Positions 27,375 through 42,440 are shown, counted from the stretch's first letter. The stretch is 64,000 nucleotides of DNA from Octopus sinensis (GCF_006345805.1 NC_042997.1:94798001-94862000); one strand, 5' to 3'. Numbers and translations are program-made. Notes: a model not told the origin generated them from the sequence alone.

Positions 27375-27639
27375 CAGTGGTTGTCAACCGTTTTTTTTTT
27401 GTTTTACATATAGAACACTTTGATTCCTTTTTTAATCAGGTTGAAGCACAGGTAGAAGTCTATGGATGTTAAAACATACATTAAATTTTTTAAATTCAGT
27501 ATTAGGAATTGTATAAAAAGAAATTGTTAAAATATTATGTATTGCAGAATCACAAGTAAATTCTAACATAAATTCTAACAACGAAATCTTATATGAACAC
27601 CCACCCAAGTGCAATGTGGACCTCGGTTGGGAATCACTG
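27375..27639. mobile_element. hAT (Charlie-type) MITE
   Basis: TIRs cagtggttgtcaacc / ggttgggaatcactg. 8-bp TSD gtctagat / gtttagaa fits the NTCTAGAN preference. Confidence 0.8.
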
Positions 27640-28680
27640 GTTTAGAAGATATATAAAAAAGTTATCACATCAGCAACGGAAACGGTGACACTCATCGGTA
27701 ACATGTCAAGTAGAAAACCCACCTCTAATATAATTCACTTTGACCTTCGTAGTCATTGAGCAACAACTTTGATATTCGTTTGCGTGGTCAGTTGATCTAA
27801 CAAAGAGTAACGTCTAATCTTGCTTAAATCACACTTGATAATCTAAACCATGACTTATTAGATAATGTGCAATTGGGTCTCCTGAACATAGAAAAACACG
27901 GAGTAGGTATGACTGAAATATATATTTTCTGTTATAGAGCCGACCTGTGGTTAAGCAAAAGCAATAGCAACTTCATACATATCTTGCTTCCGTTGAACAA
28001 CCCACTGTCTCTTATTACAAACCCATTGACACACGCTCAGTCATGGGTAATATATCACCTCTTCATGCTACTAGTAAATTAGGCAAAGTTTCATTTGTAG
28101 ATAATGTTACGGACGAGTTAATCTGCAGATTTACATCTGTTTGTTACTACATTAAATGCTAACTCTGAATTTGCTCCAAATTTCGGAAACTATTCGCAGT
28201 TTCACGGATCATTTAATGGATCTGTTCCTTCAAGTACGAAACAACAAAGCCATTCATACTTGGGCCACTCCAATATACTTTTCTGTGACACACTCAACAG
28301 TATTTCGCTAGCTTGAGTCTTATTCAACATCATGGTTTTTATGTTCCTTGGCTTCATTGCAAACAGGTATGGACCTTCATTTAAGTGCTTAATTAATCAC
28401 ACCGTCCTAAATGTTTGACAGGTATTTCTCTGAAATATACAGATTCTCATACAATTCCACACAAAAAATATTTCATTTGCATTGTATTTTCATCGATACA
28501 ATGCTTACAAACATAGCTGACCGTTTTTACTACATATCCAACTGATGTTCGCACGCGCACGTTAATGCTTCATACATAGAACCTTCTTTTTTTCATCTAT
28601 CACCCGTACATATTCTCCATCTATGAAAGCTTGCATAGAAACTGCCCAGCTAACATCTTGCAACATCTCAATTCATTATA

Positions 28681-29557
28681 CGAGGGTTGGTTGAAACGTT
28701 TATAGGCTAACGATGATACTCTCATGGAATGTGACCAAATTAGGATTATTTTAAAATTCAATGCCCTTTGCGATCCACAAAATTCTTCCATCAGTGTTGC
28801 AAAGCTTGAATCCAATTAGTGATGAAGCTTTTGTCCCTTGGTCGTAAAAGCCATCAACAGCAGATCTGTCATCATCGCTGCGATACTGGTTGCCAGTCAA
28901 GTGTGTTTTCAAATAAGGAGAATAAGGAGGCTGATCAAACAGTTCAAACCTACAGTCAAGCATAGCAGCGGCTGAAACCAAGGAGTTGTGTGCTGGAGTG
29001 TTGTCTTGAGGAAACAAGACCCGCTTGTCATTTTTCCTGATTTTTTTGTTCCTGATACGCTTTCCTAATGTTTTCAGCAAATTAACGTGGCTTTTTCCAA
29101 TGATGGTGTAGTCCATTTGAAGTTTTATAACCGATTGCCTGTCATCCATCGCCATCTAGTGAACACGGTCAATGTTTTCTGTGATGTTGGCAACTGGAGG
29201 ACCTCCAGACCTTAGGTCATCTTAAATACTCTCACTTTCCCTCTTAAAATTTTGCACTGTTGATAACATTACAGCGTTCTCCCTTGATGTAGCAGCCGTG
29301 TCAGCCTAAATGTCCTTCGGGGCTAAGCCTTTTTTCTGCAGGTATTTCGTAACACCACGATGAGAAATTTTGTCCATTTTTAAGAGACGTCACTATTAGT
29401 TAGTTTGGAAGTCTCGTTTGGACAGTTAAATATGAGTTTACATGGAAAGAAACAATGCAGTTATCAGTAAGAAGCGTTGAAATTAATGCATGCAGGATTT
29501 CACAGCAATAGCCTGTCATCTTTATGGTCCGTCAATGAACTTTTCAGCCCACCATTG
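28681..29557 (-). mobile_element. Degenerate mariner transposon with internal deletions
   Basis: TA-flanked TIRs cgagggttggttgaaacgttt / aacttttcagcccaccattg. ATG at 29377 (MDKISHRGVTKYLQKKGL). Relics DDLRSGGP and VLFPQDNTPAH..FELFDQPPYSP. Confidence 0.88.
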
Positions 29558-30044
29558 TAGACATATGAAACACCCACACAAAGAAATATGTAGGCTTCCC
29601 TTCACCTATCTAATTCTCTCACACTATTTGTCACAATTACTTCATTAAGTCATCATTTTCCCACTATAGCATTTTCAACCATTAATCAAAGAAAAACATT
29701 TTACCTTTGGATTTTATGTTTCCATTTGCTTTCTTGTCTTCCTGCTCTGTTGACAAAATGCCGTACTTCGAAATGTCAAACTTCACTTTCCCTAACCTTC
29801 TTACTGATGTACAGTTAATAACTTGATTTTGTACTATACACGTTCTGTTTTGTGAAATATATTTGCTCATGTCTATGTATGTATGTATGTATGTATGTAT
29901 GTATGTATGTATGTATGTATATATGTATGTATGTATGTATGCAAGCATGTATGTATGTATGCATGCATGTATGTATGCATGTAAGTATGCATGTATGTAT
30001 GTATGCATGTATGTATATTCAGAGTTACTTTCTCCTAGATAGAC

Positions 30045-32015
30045 TGCCATCTCCATGGCTTGGGTAAACAGAGGACCTCTATCCACCCTTCATCTTTTTA
30101 GAAATAAAAAAAATTTAAATATTGACGAATGTTATTCAGAGGGTTGGCAAAGTGAAGAGGATCCTCCACATTGGCGTGATGCAACTATGGAGATACTATA
30201 TAAATCTAAATGTGGAAGGGATGTCTGTGATAATTATCGCGGCATCTGTCTGTTAGCTTTTGCTGGAAAGGTCCTCTGTAGAGTAATGCTGGATAGATTG
30301 CTTCTGCACATTGCTGATAAGGTTCTACCAGAATTGCAATGTTGGTTTAGAGATAGTACTATGGATATGATAGTTTAAGCTAGACAGTTGCAAGAGAAGT
30401 GTATCGAACAGAATATGGACTTATACCAGGTTTTCATTGACCAAACAAAAGCGTTTGATTCTATCAAAAGAATTGCACTTTGAGAGATCCTAAAAAAGAT
30501 AGGATGCCCTAAAAAGTTTGTGATAATTCTTAGACAATTTCATGACAAGATGAAAGTGAGAGTTAATGTTGACGGTGCCTTATCAGATCCAGTTTCTGTA
30601 GAAAATGGTGTAAAGCAAGGTTATATTCCTGCTCCTACACTGTTTGCTATATATCTCGCAATAGGCTTTCAAATAGTTTCAAAAGATTGCCTTAACGGGG
30701 TCTATATAACATATAGGACAACAAGAAAGCTGTTCAATCTCAAAAGACTCTGTGCCAAAACTGAAGATCTACATTCTTACTTTGTTGGGTTTCTGTGTGT
30801 AGATGATTGTGGCACATTCTCAGAAAGATATGCAGCACATGGTGAATGCGATTTCTGAAGCATGTGCAGCATTGGGTCTAACAATCAATCTAAAAAAACT
30901 GTTATAATGTACCAGCCCGCTCCCCACAAGATGTATGCGGAACCTTTTATAAATGTGAATGGTCAAAGGTTGGAGATTGTATCTAGATTTATGCATTTAG
31001 GAAGTACCTTGAGCACCGCTGGTCTTCATGATGAAATTTCATACAGTGCTTGTAGTGGTTTTGGTAGGCTTGATAGGCGTCTGTGGAAACAACATAATAT
31101 ATCTTCACAAATTAAAATTAAATATATATAACACATGCGTACTCCTGACTTTGCTATATGGAAGTGAGGCATGGGTTGTTTACCGTAGGCAGGTAAGGCA
31201 ATTGGTACAATTTCATCAATACTGTCTGAGAAAAATTTTGGGGATAAACTGGAAAATGGCCATTAGCAATGTTGAGGTGCTTGAGAGGAATGGCAGTAAA
31301 AGTATAGAGCCAACAATTTTGCAAAGACGTTTGAAGTGGGAGGAAGAACATTTGGTAAGGATGGGTGATGAGCGACTACTCAAGCAGCTATTATATGGTG
31401 AGCTGGAGATGGCAGGAGACCAGCGCATAAGCCTAAACTAAGGTTTAGGGATTGTCTTAAAAATGCTCTAATACAGACAGGAATTGCAGCTGGTAATTGG
31501 GAGAGGGAGACACAAGACTGTAATAAATGGAGGAAGATAGTGCATGATGGTTTTCAAAGTTTGAGAGGGAGGAGGTGAAGTATGAGAGAATTAGGAGGGA
31601 GCTTAGGAGGGGGAACCCGTGGAAAGTGAGAGTGTTGCTTTTTATGGGTGGTTTGTGGGCGGAGACGTTTGAGTCGTGCAGGCCTGGTGAGCCATCGAAA
31701 TTCTCATAGAAATCGGCCCATGATAAACAATGGTGTGGCTACAAAAATTCATAACAGAACGTGTGCAAAATGTGGAAGTGTGTGCCTCTCAGTTGGAAGT
31801 TTAAAAAGACATGTTATGAGAGTGCATATGGTGGCACCTGAATCTCCTGCCAGCCAGCACAGTTGTCTAGTATGTAATACAATGTGTAACGCTTATATGA
31901 CTTTTGAGCCGGGCTCAAAAGTCATATAAGGACATCACATGGCACCAACCATGAATCATTTCAGTAAGTCTTCCTGCAATGGCTTTTATTGTGTAACGAG
32001 GATGCAGCTGTGATG
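30045..32015 (+). mobile_element. Degenerate RTE (BovB-like) LINE, 5'-truncated, with three C-terminal C2H2-like fingers
   Basis: WRDATMEILYK..CDNYRGICLL, LPELQCWFR, QVFIDQTKAFDS, GVKQG..APTLF, LFNLKRL, VDDC, LLYGSEAW, RMGDERLLKQLLYGEL. Tail CxxC..H motifs at 31648-31940. Confidence 0.92.
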
Positions 32016-33179
32016 TATATATATATATCTATATATATATATAAATATATACGTGTACACACATATATACTATATCTCTGTGCAATCTATCAATCATCGC
32101 TCTGCAAGTAATAACATACATACGTCCATCATATTACATTCTTCGGTATAAAAATAAACATTATACTCCAGTTTAGCAAACATTCAATAATAAATAGTAT
32201 GTTACTAACAATGTTACATGAAAAATACATTTGATAGACACTGATGACTGTCTAAGATTCACCAAGTCATCTTTAGATCTCTGCTATGTCAGTGATTTAT
32301 TCTATTATTAAATTGGCTTATCTGCAGTATTTCCCCGTTTGCCTGCTGAAATATCCTTTTCTGAAAATACCAAAACATTTTGTGGAATATAATATATCCG
32401 GACTAAAAGTACATATGCTGTTTAATAGAAAAACAGAACGAATGTTATTGCACTATTTATATCATATTCATACGAACCTCTTTAACTGATTATTGTGCAG
32501 TAATGTATATCTCGATAACCTTAAGGTATTTGATGATATATGTAAATATCTCTTTCGCTGCTGATTTTTCTAGTAAAGATTTCTGTCGTAAAATTTGTTT
32601 AAATGTTTTCTGATTCATTCAAGCGTTATATATAACCGCTCGATATGTTGAAATACTGCATTACATTAATAATATTCAAACGAATGTGTGTTGACTCACA
32701 AGTCAAAATACTTCTTTGAGTCAATTTCTTTTTCTGTTTTCCTTTTGCTTCTCCGGTTATAAGTTCTTCCAGAATCTTTTTCGTTCGCTAGAATTTCAAT
32801 CTTGTTTAATCATTTAGCCTGGCTTATCAAGTAATTCTCTAGCAGTGCTATGGCTGCTTTTCTTTATTATTTTTCATTATATTCAAATTTTGCTTTTGCG
32901 TATTAGTTGAGTCAATACATAGTAAATACACATTAGTTAATGAGAGATAAATATGTTTTAAGAAAAAAAATCTAAAAATAAAATTTATCGGAGAATCACT
33001 GCAGTATATGGGTTAAGTTGTAAGACGTTTCATATAGTGTCTGCAGATGTACCACTAAGATACACAATAGCTTAGTTCAAATAGTTGGTAATTAAAATAT
33101 GTTAAACTCTTCCTGTGTCTCCTTAATTGGATTATATCCTACTTTCCACAAGATACATTATTGCATGGATGTAAGTATT

Positions 33180-33345
33180 TAAGGAGTGGAACGTACAATT
33201 TCCTGTAAGCTAGACTGCTTCATGGTCCAAGCAAACAAAATGGAAGAAGCGTTGACCCGGAGGATGGCGAGTGAGATGCGCTGGAACAGCCATTCTGACT
33301 CCTGAGGCTCGCACATGCGGACGGCCATCTCCATCCCGATACCAA
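33180..33345 (-). mobile_element. CRE-clade non-LTR retrotransposon extreme 3' fragment
   Basis: Translation EPQESEWLFQRISLAILRVNASSI matches the LFQRLSxAxxRGNA C-terminus of CRE elements. 5' junction in (TA)n. Confidence 0.7.
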
Positions 33346-34133
33346 TATGTATATATATATATATATATAAATTTGTATGTGTGTGTGTGTGTACCTCTGT
33401 GTGTGTATGTGTGTGTGTGCATGTATATAAGCAAAAGCCTTTAGAATATCATCATCCTTAAACAACTTCGGCCAGTACATCTGTTGATTCTTGAACTTAT
33501 AATTTATTACATTCAATCCAGATATAGAACGTAATAATTCCTCTGATTAAAGTATATAATAAAAATCAGTTCCTGTAATTTTAAATATGTCTAGTAGAAA
33601 TATAAATTTCATGACCCTCTTTCTCTAATGCCAGGTAATTGTTTAGAATATTGGTGCTAAGTATAGTATAGTTAGCCATCAGCAAAACCGTTTAAGGCTT
33701 GATAACGTGTCATGCATTTACTAACATTCTTAGGCGACTGTGTTGTCGTCAGCGAACATAGATAGCCATTCACTCCAGTTCCCTTGACCTAGGAGCATTG
33801 AGGATGTGACATCCCTGGGAACGAAGTTTGAACTAGCATATGCCTTGTACTCATTACCAATGTGCATATTGGGGCAAAGTGAATAGAAGTTCGTTGCTCA
33901 AGATACAACACGCACAGGGATCCAGAAATTGAGCCGACGAATGACGTTATGATCAAGAACATTATCTACTAGTTGATGTGCCATTATTTCAGGTGCGTTA
34001 ATGCCAAACTCGGAATGGCAAACAATTTTGTTGCATTTGGTTAAGTCCTGATTACTACAACAGTAAACTTAGCATTTCATTTTTCTGACGTCAATATAAT
34101 AAGCAAACTTACGTCATAGGAGAAATTAAACTG

Positions 34134-36110
34134 ATTACATCACATACCTAAGTTGTAACTTAGTCTGATCATTTTAGGAATGTATATTAAAAATTTAATT
34201 GCAACATAAGTGTTTATGATTATACATTCTCGTAGCCATTATGAAATTTATAACATTGAATGTCTATTGGAAATTCACCTGTCACTATAACCCTTTTATA
34301 GATTATAAACGCTATGTATGTACACGTTTCAAGCTTGGCACCGGGTTAAGCGTATGGCAACACAAAAACAATTTGTGTGAAGTGGTCAACTTAAATTGTA
34401 TTATATTTCAATTTAGTGCAATTCAATTGAACTAGGAGAAATCATCACGAAATTTTCAATAATACTGTACACATCAAACAGGCGGTAATTCTTTATACAA
34501 ATATCATTATTTATCATTAATAAATTATAATAATCATATCTAATTTTGTTAGATAGCCTCACATTTTCGAAATAGAGTGTTGCTGATTTGATCTAGTAAA
34601 ATAATTGGTGATATTTATTTTATCGATATCTGAAGAATGATTCACAGAGGTTAAAGACAGAAATTAAAATGAGATATATCTATATTTTGGTCGCATATTG
34701 TTTGTCTGGCTCACTATAGTTTCCGTGACGCGAATGTTAACATAGTCTAGTTTCGTTTCTCGACTAATAAAGCTCAACTTGCGTAGACATATAGTCAAAG
34801 ATATTTTGGGTGTTTTACCTTTGTGTATCAACAAATACATTGGCGCAGGCATAGCTTTGAGGCTAAAAACCTCGCTTTGCAGGAAGTTTCAGGTTCAATG
34901 CCATACCGAACATTGCCGTGTGAGCGAATTTAATAGATGGAAGCATAGTGAAAGCCAGCCGTATCTCTCATATCGGGTGGAATAAGTAGCAGATTTAAAA
35001 ATTAAGTTCTACTGTTAAATAGCATGGTTTAACCTTTCAAGTCAGTATCCAAGCATGCTCGGAGTGAAATGAGTGAAACAAATAAAAGATAGAAAATAAA
35101 TACATTCTTCAAATTATTTTAAACCTTCAGTATTCTGGTATTTCTAGCACATCGAATTTTTTCACAGATTTCCCTTCGTTCATATTAGAGAGGTACATTG
35201 AGGGAATGCACATTACCTTGTGGTTAGTTTGTTTAGTTTGCTATCATAGACAAACAGATTTAGTTGTTAGATGGGCGACTGATGGCGTCGTTGGGAAGGA
35301 CATTTCATTTCACGTTACCAGTATGTTGCTGGTGCAGTCCTCACTTCTAACTGTTATATCCTTGGTGCGCAGTTGGGGCAAGGGTGAGACAGCCAAATAT
35401 TTGTTAAAACCTGCTTGCAAATACAAAGATATCAAATGAAATAGCGAAAACATGGAACACACTGCCAACTCTTACTCGCTTGCAAGTGACGCCTGGCTGA
35501 GTAGTTTTAGTGAAAATGACCCCATTCCATATTTGAAAACAAATATTTGTCTGGAGCAGCATAACTGACCTGTAAAAAACTGATTTTAAAATACTTACAG
35601 CATGAATTACATCACATACCTAAGTTGTAACCTAGTCTGATCATTTTAGGAATGTATATTAAAAATGTAATTGCAACATAAGTGTTTATGATTATACATT
35701 CTCGTAGCCATTATGAAATTTATAACATTGAATGTCTATTGGAAATTCACCTGTCACTATAACCCTTTTATAGATTATAAACGCTATGTATGTACACGTT
35801 TCAAGCTTGGCACCGGGTTAAGCGTATGGCAACACAAAAACTAGGAGACGCGAATGTATGTTGCTGGTGCAGTCCTCACTTCTAACTGTTATATCCTTGG
35901 TGCGCAGTTGGGGCAAGGGTGAGACAGCCAAAGATATCAAATGAAATAGCGAAAACATGGAACACACTGCCAACTCTTACTCGCTTGCAAGTGACGCCTG
36001 GCTGAGTAGTTTTAGTGAAAATGACCCCATTCCATATTTGAAAACAAATATTTGTCTGGAGCAGCATAACTGACCTGTAAATAACTGATTTTAAAATAAT
36101 TACAGCATGA
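34134..36110. repeat. Tandem duplication: 34134-35605 recopied as a deleted mosaic at 35606-36110
   Basis: Copy 2 = 34134-34369 + 34432-34439 + 34729-34737 + 35323-35397 + 35428-35605, near-identical to the source. Confidence 0.92.
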
Positions 36111-36681
36111 AAAATGCATTAACCATTCAAAAACACACAATGACTATTAACTTCATTTAAACATTTATTATTGGGTACAACGAAGATTTTGAAACAAAAT
36201 AATTTTGAAATGGAAGTCAACAGTATTTGTGTGTTTCTGTATGGTTAACTTGTGTTTTCCACAATATAATTGTCTACCTCTCAACACATACTCTCAAATA
36301 AGTTGCCTGGAAAGTAATCCTCCTGAATTGTCTGATTATTCGCGCAGAAACTGCTGAATGGTTGAGAAGAGCGTATCGGTATCATGGTATACTCGGACAC
36401 ATCTCAGAGAATGGCAACATGACCAAAAGAAATTTACGACTAATGAAATTGAGAAGAAAATGTGTAGAAAGTATTCTGTCAGGTTGATAGTATATATAAC
36501 CGTATGGTCCACACTGATTCTGCCTGAAAATTACATTTAGAGTAAACTTGGATGTGAAATATTCCACCATTTACAAGTTAATTTAAATAGCAATTAGTTT
36601 ATCATCCTCGAAGCCGATAGGAGATCCTTCCTTCTCGTCGTTGTCGTAGTTGTCGTGGTCGTCGCGGCTGTCGTTGCCGAA

Positions 36682-36703
36682 ATCATCATCATCATCATCA
36701 TCA

Positions 36704-36735
<32 letters not shown>

Positions 36736-36738
36736 GTC
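36682..36738. repeat. (ATC)n/(GTC)n microsatellite
   Basis: Directly visible. Gives the poly-D/S ORFs. Confidence 0.9.
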
Positions 36739-37503
36739 AACAACATTATTAAGAGATAGAGATATATTCGTATTAGTTATCAGATCATTTCCTGTGGGTT
36801 TTCTGTTTACATTGTTATCGACCGGTTCAATATTACCTTGCAATTATAGAAATAATATAATTATATTTGAATATAACTCCATTGTTTAACATTTGCGATA
36901 GAAACTTGATAGCGTTTTGTTTAAGAACTTTATAACGAGATAGGGAAACGTGTCCTGTCAACAAAACAATGTGATGTCGTTTTAGTTAACATTATCTGTT
37001 GTTTATATCTCCGCATATGTCTTAATCTATTAGACATCTGATCACAGACATTACAGCAGCACCCACACGTCACTTTCCCTTGTGCAAGGAACCAAAGTCC
37101 ATATTAAGCAACAAGTAGATATTTGGGAAATTTGTCTGCTCCATGTAACAACAGACGCTGCTATATAATGACTAAACTTCTGGAAAAATGAGTTAATTGT
37201 TAAATCTTCTAATTTAAATGTTCCAATATCTTAATAACGTAAATAAATCTAAGAACAACTCACCCGTATAGCTAAACAACATTAGCTTCAAAGAAAACAA
37301 ATTTTAGTTTCGTTGCCTTCAGACACGGATCTCAAGGCTAGCAATAGTTAGAGCATGGCGTGATATGCAATCTCTAAATATATATCCACAATGTACACTA
37401 AGTTCAAAACAGTCTTTGTGTTATTACAATCGTCTTTTCAGAATAGACTACCAGACATGTATGTATGCATGTATGCATACATACATGTATGTATGTATGT
37501 ATG

Positions 37504-37537
<34 letters not shown>

Positions 37538-37984
37538 TGTATGTATGTATGTATGTATGTATGTATGTGTATCTATGTATGTATTTACGTATGTATGCCT
37601 GCATCTGTGTCAGTAAGTATGAGGGCCTCAGTCAATATAGAAGGCTACGTGTTTTGTAAATCTTCTAGCCGTATCTCTCCATTAAACACACAAACACAGA
37701 CACACAGATACACGCAAACACACACATACATACACCATCGCAAGTACACACACACACACACACATATATCTCTTTATACTATTCTATAGTATATATTTTA
37801 TGTACACACACGCGAGCATATATATATATATGTGTATATATATATATATATATATTTGTATTTATACTTTGGGCTTTGGAGGGGTGTATATGTGTATACA
37901 TATGTGTGTATACTTACAGAGAAGATAGAGATACTATACGTACGAGCAGTAACAGCAGCAACAGAAGCAGCAGCAGCAGCAGTT

Positions 37985-38021
<37 letters not shown>

Positions 38022-38264
38022 GTAATTTGATGTGAGAATTATGCTGAAAGCAAAAAAAATATAATTTTATGAAGCCATTAAAAACACTCACTCGCTCTTA
38101 CATTCACTTTTACCTTAATATAATAATCGGATAATAATATATAATATCATTAATAAAATAATGCACCAGTTAATGAAGGTGAATAAAGCTGTCTGTGGAG
38201 ACACTATCCAAATCTTATGATGAACTGCACAAGTACACACAAACACTACACGCACGCACACACT

Positions 38265-38295
<31 letters not shown>

Positions 38296-38303
38296 ACACA
38301 CAG

Positions 38304-38337
<34 letters not shown>

Positions 38338-40107
38338 ACACTCACACACGTACACACACATACAGGCACAAATATATATAAAAAACAAAATATGGGAGAC
38401 ATTTTGTAAGATATCTAGTTACATCATCTTACGTGCATTTCACTCACATAAAGTGACTAATAGTTGGATAAGATATATAGCAGAATTAAGATTATTGTCA
38501 AATCGTCGGAGACATGTAACTTTTATTCATAACATTATTAGATTAAACAGATGACGAAATTCAGCATCGATGCCTGCAAGTATACCAGAGAAAGTAACTT
38601 TATGTAGTTTTGTGTATGAGATGAAACTTTTTAGCACTCTAATAATTTTCACCACACTTCAATCAGAAAACAGGAAAGGTACACGCGGTATAATTGTTAC
38701 CACAAAAGCTCTTAATGTTGTCATTCTAGACCATTTTCTGATGAGCAGTTATATTATGTTCTCATCAGTTGTTTGATTTCCATTAAATTTAAGCAGCCAT
38801 AAAAATAACGACGGCTATAAGATGTCTGCTCACATATATATACGTGTGTGTGTGTGAGTGTGTGTTGGTGTGTGTATATATGCAGATATGTATGTATGTA
38901 CGCATGTATGTATGTATTTTATATATATATATATATATAAATATACATACATACATATATTCTTTTATATAATTATATACATACGTACATGTATACGTAT
39001 ACATACATATATATATATATAGAGAGAGAGAGGGAGGAAGGGGGGAGAGAGAGAGAGAGATCGACGTAATGGGTGGTAACTGAAGTGCTAATATAATACA
39101 TGCTTCCGTTACGTGCATGAAATATTTCTGCCTAACTGGGTTTTAACTTACTTTTATTTGAAGTTGTTACGATAAAAATAGAAAGATTTGGGGATATTTT
39201 TTCATAAGAATTCGGAAATACTCTTCTTTGATTAAGTAACGTTGTATCTGCTAGAATTGTTATAGATCATTCTATTCTGCGAAGCCTAGCATGTTTTTTC
39301 TTTATATTTCCCATGCATACAAGAAGTGATGCAATGATGTTTCATTGCAGTCTAAAACCGATAACTTTAGGTTTTTCACCCCATAATCTATTCTGCCACT
39401 CCACTGCCCGTAAAGCAACAATAATTTCTGACATATGCACTAGGCCTAACACCGGGTGGCGAATTCAGTCAATTAATCTGATTCTGGTTCTGAACTACTA
39501 TATTATGTTATTTTATTTCTTGCAACCAGAAGGTTAATAGTTAACGTGAGACCCCTTTAGAATCTGAACTCGGTAAAATATTTTGTTCGATGTTTTAATA
39601 ATTTTGTCATATAATTAATAACATTATAACTATCATCGGGAGGAGTAAGTCTACTGTATTGGCATAAGTACTAAATGATATCTTAGTCAAGTGATACCGG
39701 ATGGACGAAAATTACTATCTACTGCTGAATTTAAACTCAGAATATAAAGTGATAAATCAACTAGAGCAAGGTATTTTTTTTAGCACTACAATAATTCTCG
39801 CCACACCACAGACTTGAAACAATAACGGCAGTATTGATTCTAAGATAGGTACAAGACCTATAATTTTCGGGAAGTAGATTACTCATTAATAACTAATAAT
39901 CGAATGTTTTATGAATTATAATTATAGATGGACTGGCATTGAAAACCTGCATGTCACTCCCAATTACTGCTTCTTGAAACATAGGTGTTACAATCGCTCT
40001 CCATAATTTCACTAAAACTATTTCTCGTTTCACTTGTTTCTAATCTATAATTTTTTTTATATTTAAAATTATAAACCAAAAAACGTTTAATTTAATCTCT
40101 TTCTTCA

Positions 40108-40125
40108 TTTCTTTCTTTCTTTTTT

Positions 40126-40200
<75 letters not shown>

Positions 40201-40251
40201 CTCTTTCTTTCTTTCTCTCTTTCTTTCTTTCTTTCTTTCTTTCTGTCTTTC
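40108..40251. repeat. (TTTC)n microsatellite
   Basis: Directly visible. Confidence 0.95.
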
Positions 40252-40407
40252 TATTATATATTTAAATATGTGTGTGCGTGTGTATAAATATATATAGATA
40301 AATATATAGATAGATATTTATAAATCTATGCTTGTATGAATTGTTACGTATTATGTATCTACTTCTCCATCTCTCTCCCCATATATATATATACACAACA
40401 CATATGT

Positions 40408-40461
<54 letters not shown>

Positions 40462-40528
40462 GCATGTATGTATGCACTCACACACAAAAATATGTGTGTA
40501 TATATATGCATTTATGTTATATATATGC

Positions 40529-40570
<42 letters not shown>

Positions 40571-42075
40571 TAGAAACTGATTTAAGGCGTTCTATTTTTT
40601 GGTGCCAATATGTAGGAAAGTTTCCTTAACTCCTTCCAATAATTGCACTGGTCCGTTGATTATAGCGTTTAAATTTTACCTTATTGAAGACCTATCATTC
40701 TTCGGCAGCCAATACGTAAAACACTAGTTTTCGTTAATGTTGTTTCTCTGTCTCTCACTTTGTCTCTCACTTTCTCTCTCTCAAATTATCAGTTATAGAC
40801 CATTGTAAGATATAAGGGACAGTTTAAACCGATCCTTTTCTTAAAGACTGAACGAACGTTGAACTTGGAGCCAGCTTTAGCTGCTCGTCTCTTAACTCTC
40901 CACAGAAATTGTAATACACTCCAGGTTTACTTGTGTTGTACTAAGGCGACTGTAGCTGCTTGTTAGTCATTCTTAATAATTATGTACTGCAATGATCGTA
41001 ACATGAAATTTGTTCGAAGACGATTGTTCGAAAGACAGTTATTCAAAATATATATCATTTGTGTACTTGATCTTTTATTTTATCATTTCTTTTAAATAAA
41101 AGGAAAATTGGAATAATTAACATTTCGTATAATTTTCCTTTTGAATAATTTTCATTCCTACAATTTTTCACTCGAATAAATGTGTTTCGAAAAATTGTTT
41201 TCGAATAATAGTTTACAAAAAATTATGTTCAGATAATCGAGTCTTGATATGAATATTGTTTGTGCATTCTCTTGAGAGAGACAGGATTGGTCAATGCAGA
41301 AAGGCCATTGGCTTTCAAGGTTTCGCTCATTAATTCAGTACAGGTTCGGTGTGTCATGTCAAACTTTTATGTGGAAGGTGCAAGTATAGGGAAAGTTAGG
41401 GAACAATAGAGGCTTGAATCATCAGTGTAAGTGCGAGGAATGTTGTAAGTGACAGCATGTATGATATTGATGTATAAATAAGAGAAAGAGATAGATATAG
41501 AGATAGAGAGATAGAGTGGGAGAGAGAGATGGCGAGGGAGGAATAGAGGGACGGAGAAAATTCGAACCTGTAAAAAATGCTACATATCTGCAAACTGATT
41601 TAAGGAAAAGGTGGAGGGGAGATCAATGGTCAAGCATGTAAACGCACTCACACAAAAAATATTTTGAATTACAAAACGGAAACCTGTTATTTGGAGCTGG
41701 AAGTATTAGATAAATCTATTTGAAGATTCATCCACGAAGAAGTTTCTCGAAATGTCGCTCATAATAATGTAAAAATAAAATATTGTGATAATGATCACGA
41801 CAGAATTTCAGCTCTTGTTGTTTTACACTTTATATCCAATTATTATTCTCTGGTCAATAAGCTTTAAATTATAGAACATTGTACTTAGTAATGCGTGCAT
41901 CAAACATTCTCTAATAACAATATTAAAGCAATTATAAGAAATCGACGTTTCCTCGTTATTAATAATGTAATATCAAAGACAGCAAAGTTAAGAAGCGAAA
42001 GAATAAGTGCGTGGTGGCAAAAGTAGTATAAGATAAAATTTTACACGTGATTACATGAAACTTAATGAAATCATA

Positions 42076-42114
<39 letters not shown>

Positions 42115-42439
42115 GGACTGTGTAATAATTATAATTATATTATTGTCAGTATTCATCATCAAGGATAAAAAGTCCTTCAGGAGACGTAGGCTCATGTGGC
42201 CGGTTTCGTGTATTTTGTTGCAGAACCAGCCTTATGGAGAAACCGACGTATATTGCCCAAAGGGAAGGGACGGTGAGCCATCGAATGATTACTAATATAT
42301 GCTAGATGAGAGGACTGATGCAGGAATCGAAACACCGGTCATGAGTGCAACACTCTCCCCACTAAGCCTCGTGCCGCCAAGACCACGACGGCAACAAAAA
42401 CAACGTGCAGTGTGCTAACGATTCTGCCAGCTCACCGCC

Positions 42440-42440
<1 letters not shown>

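Noticed and set aside
32690-32860. Minus-strand GTGAGT donor with an upstream RSKR-containing frame
   Set aside because: In-frame stops upstream, and the alternative frame (ILEELITGEAKGK..) resembles a decayed RTE LINE C-terminus.
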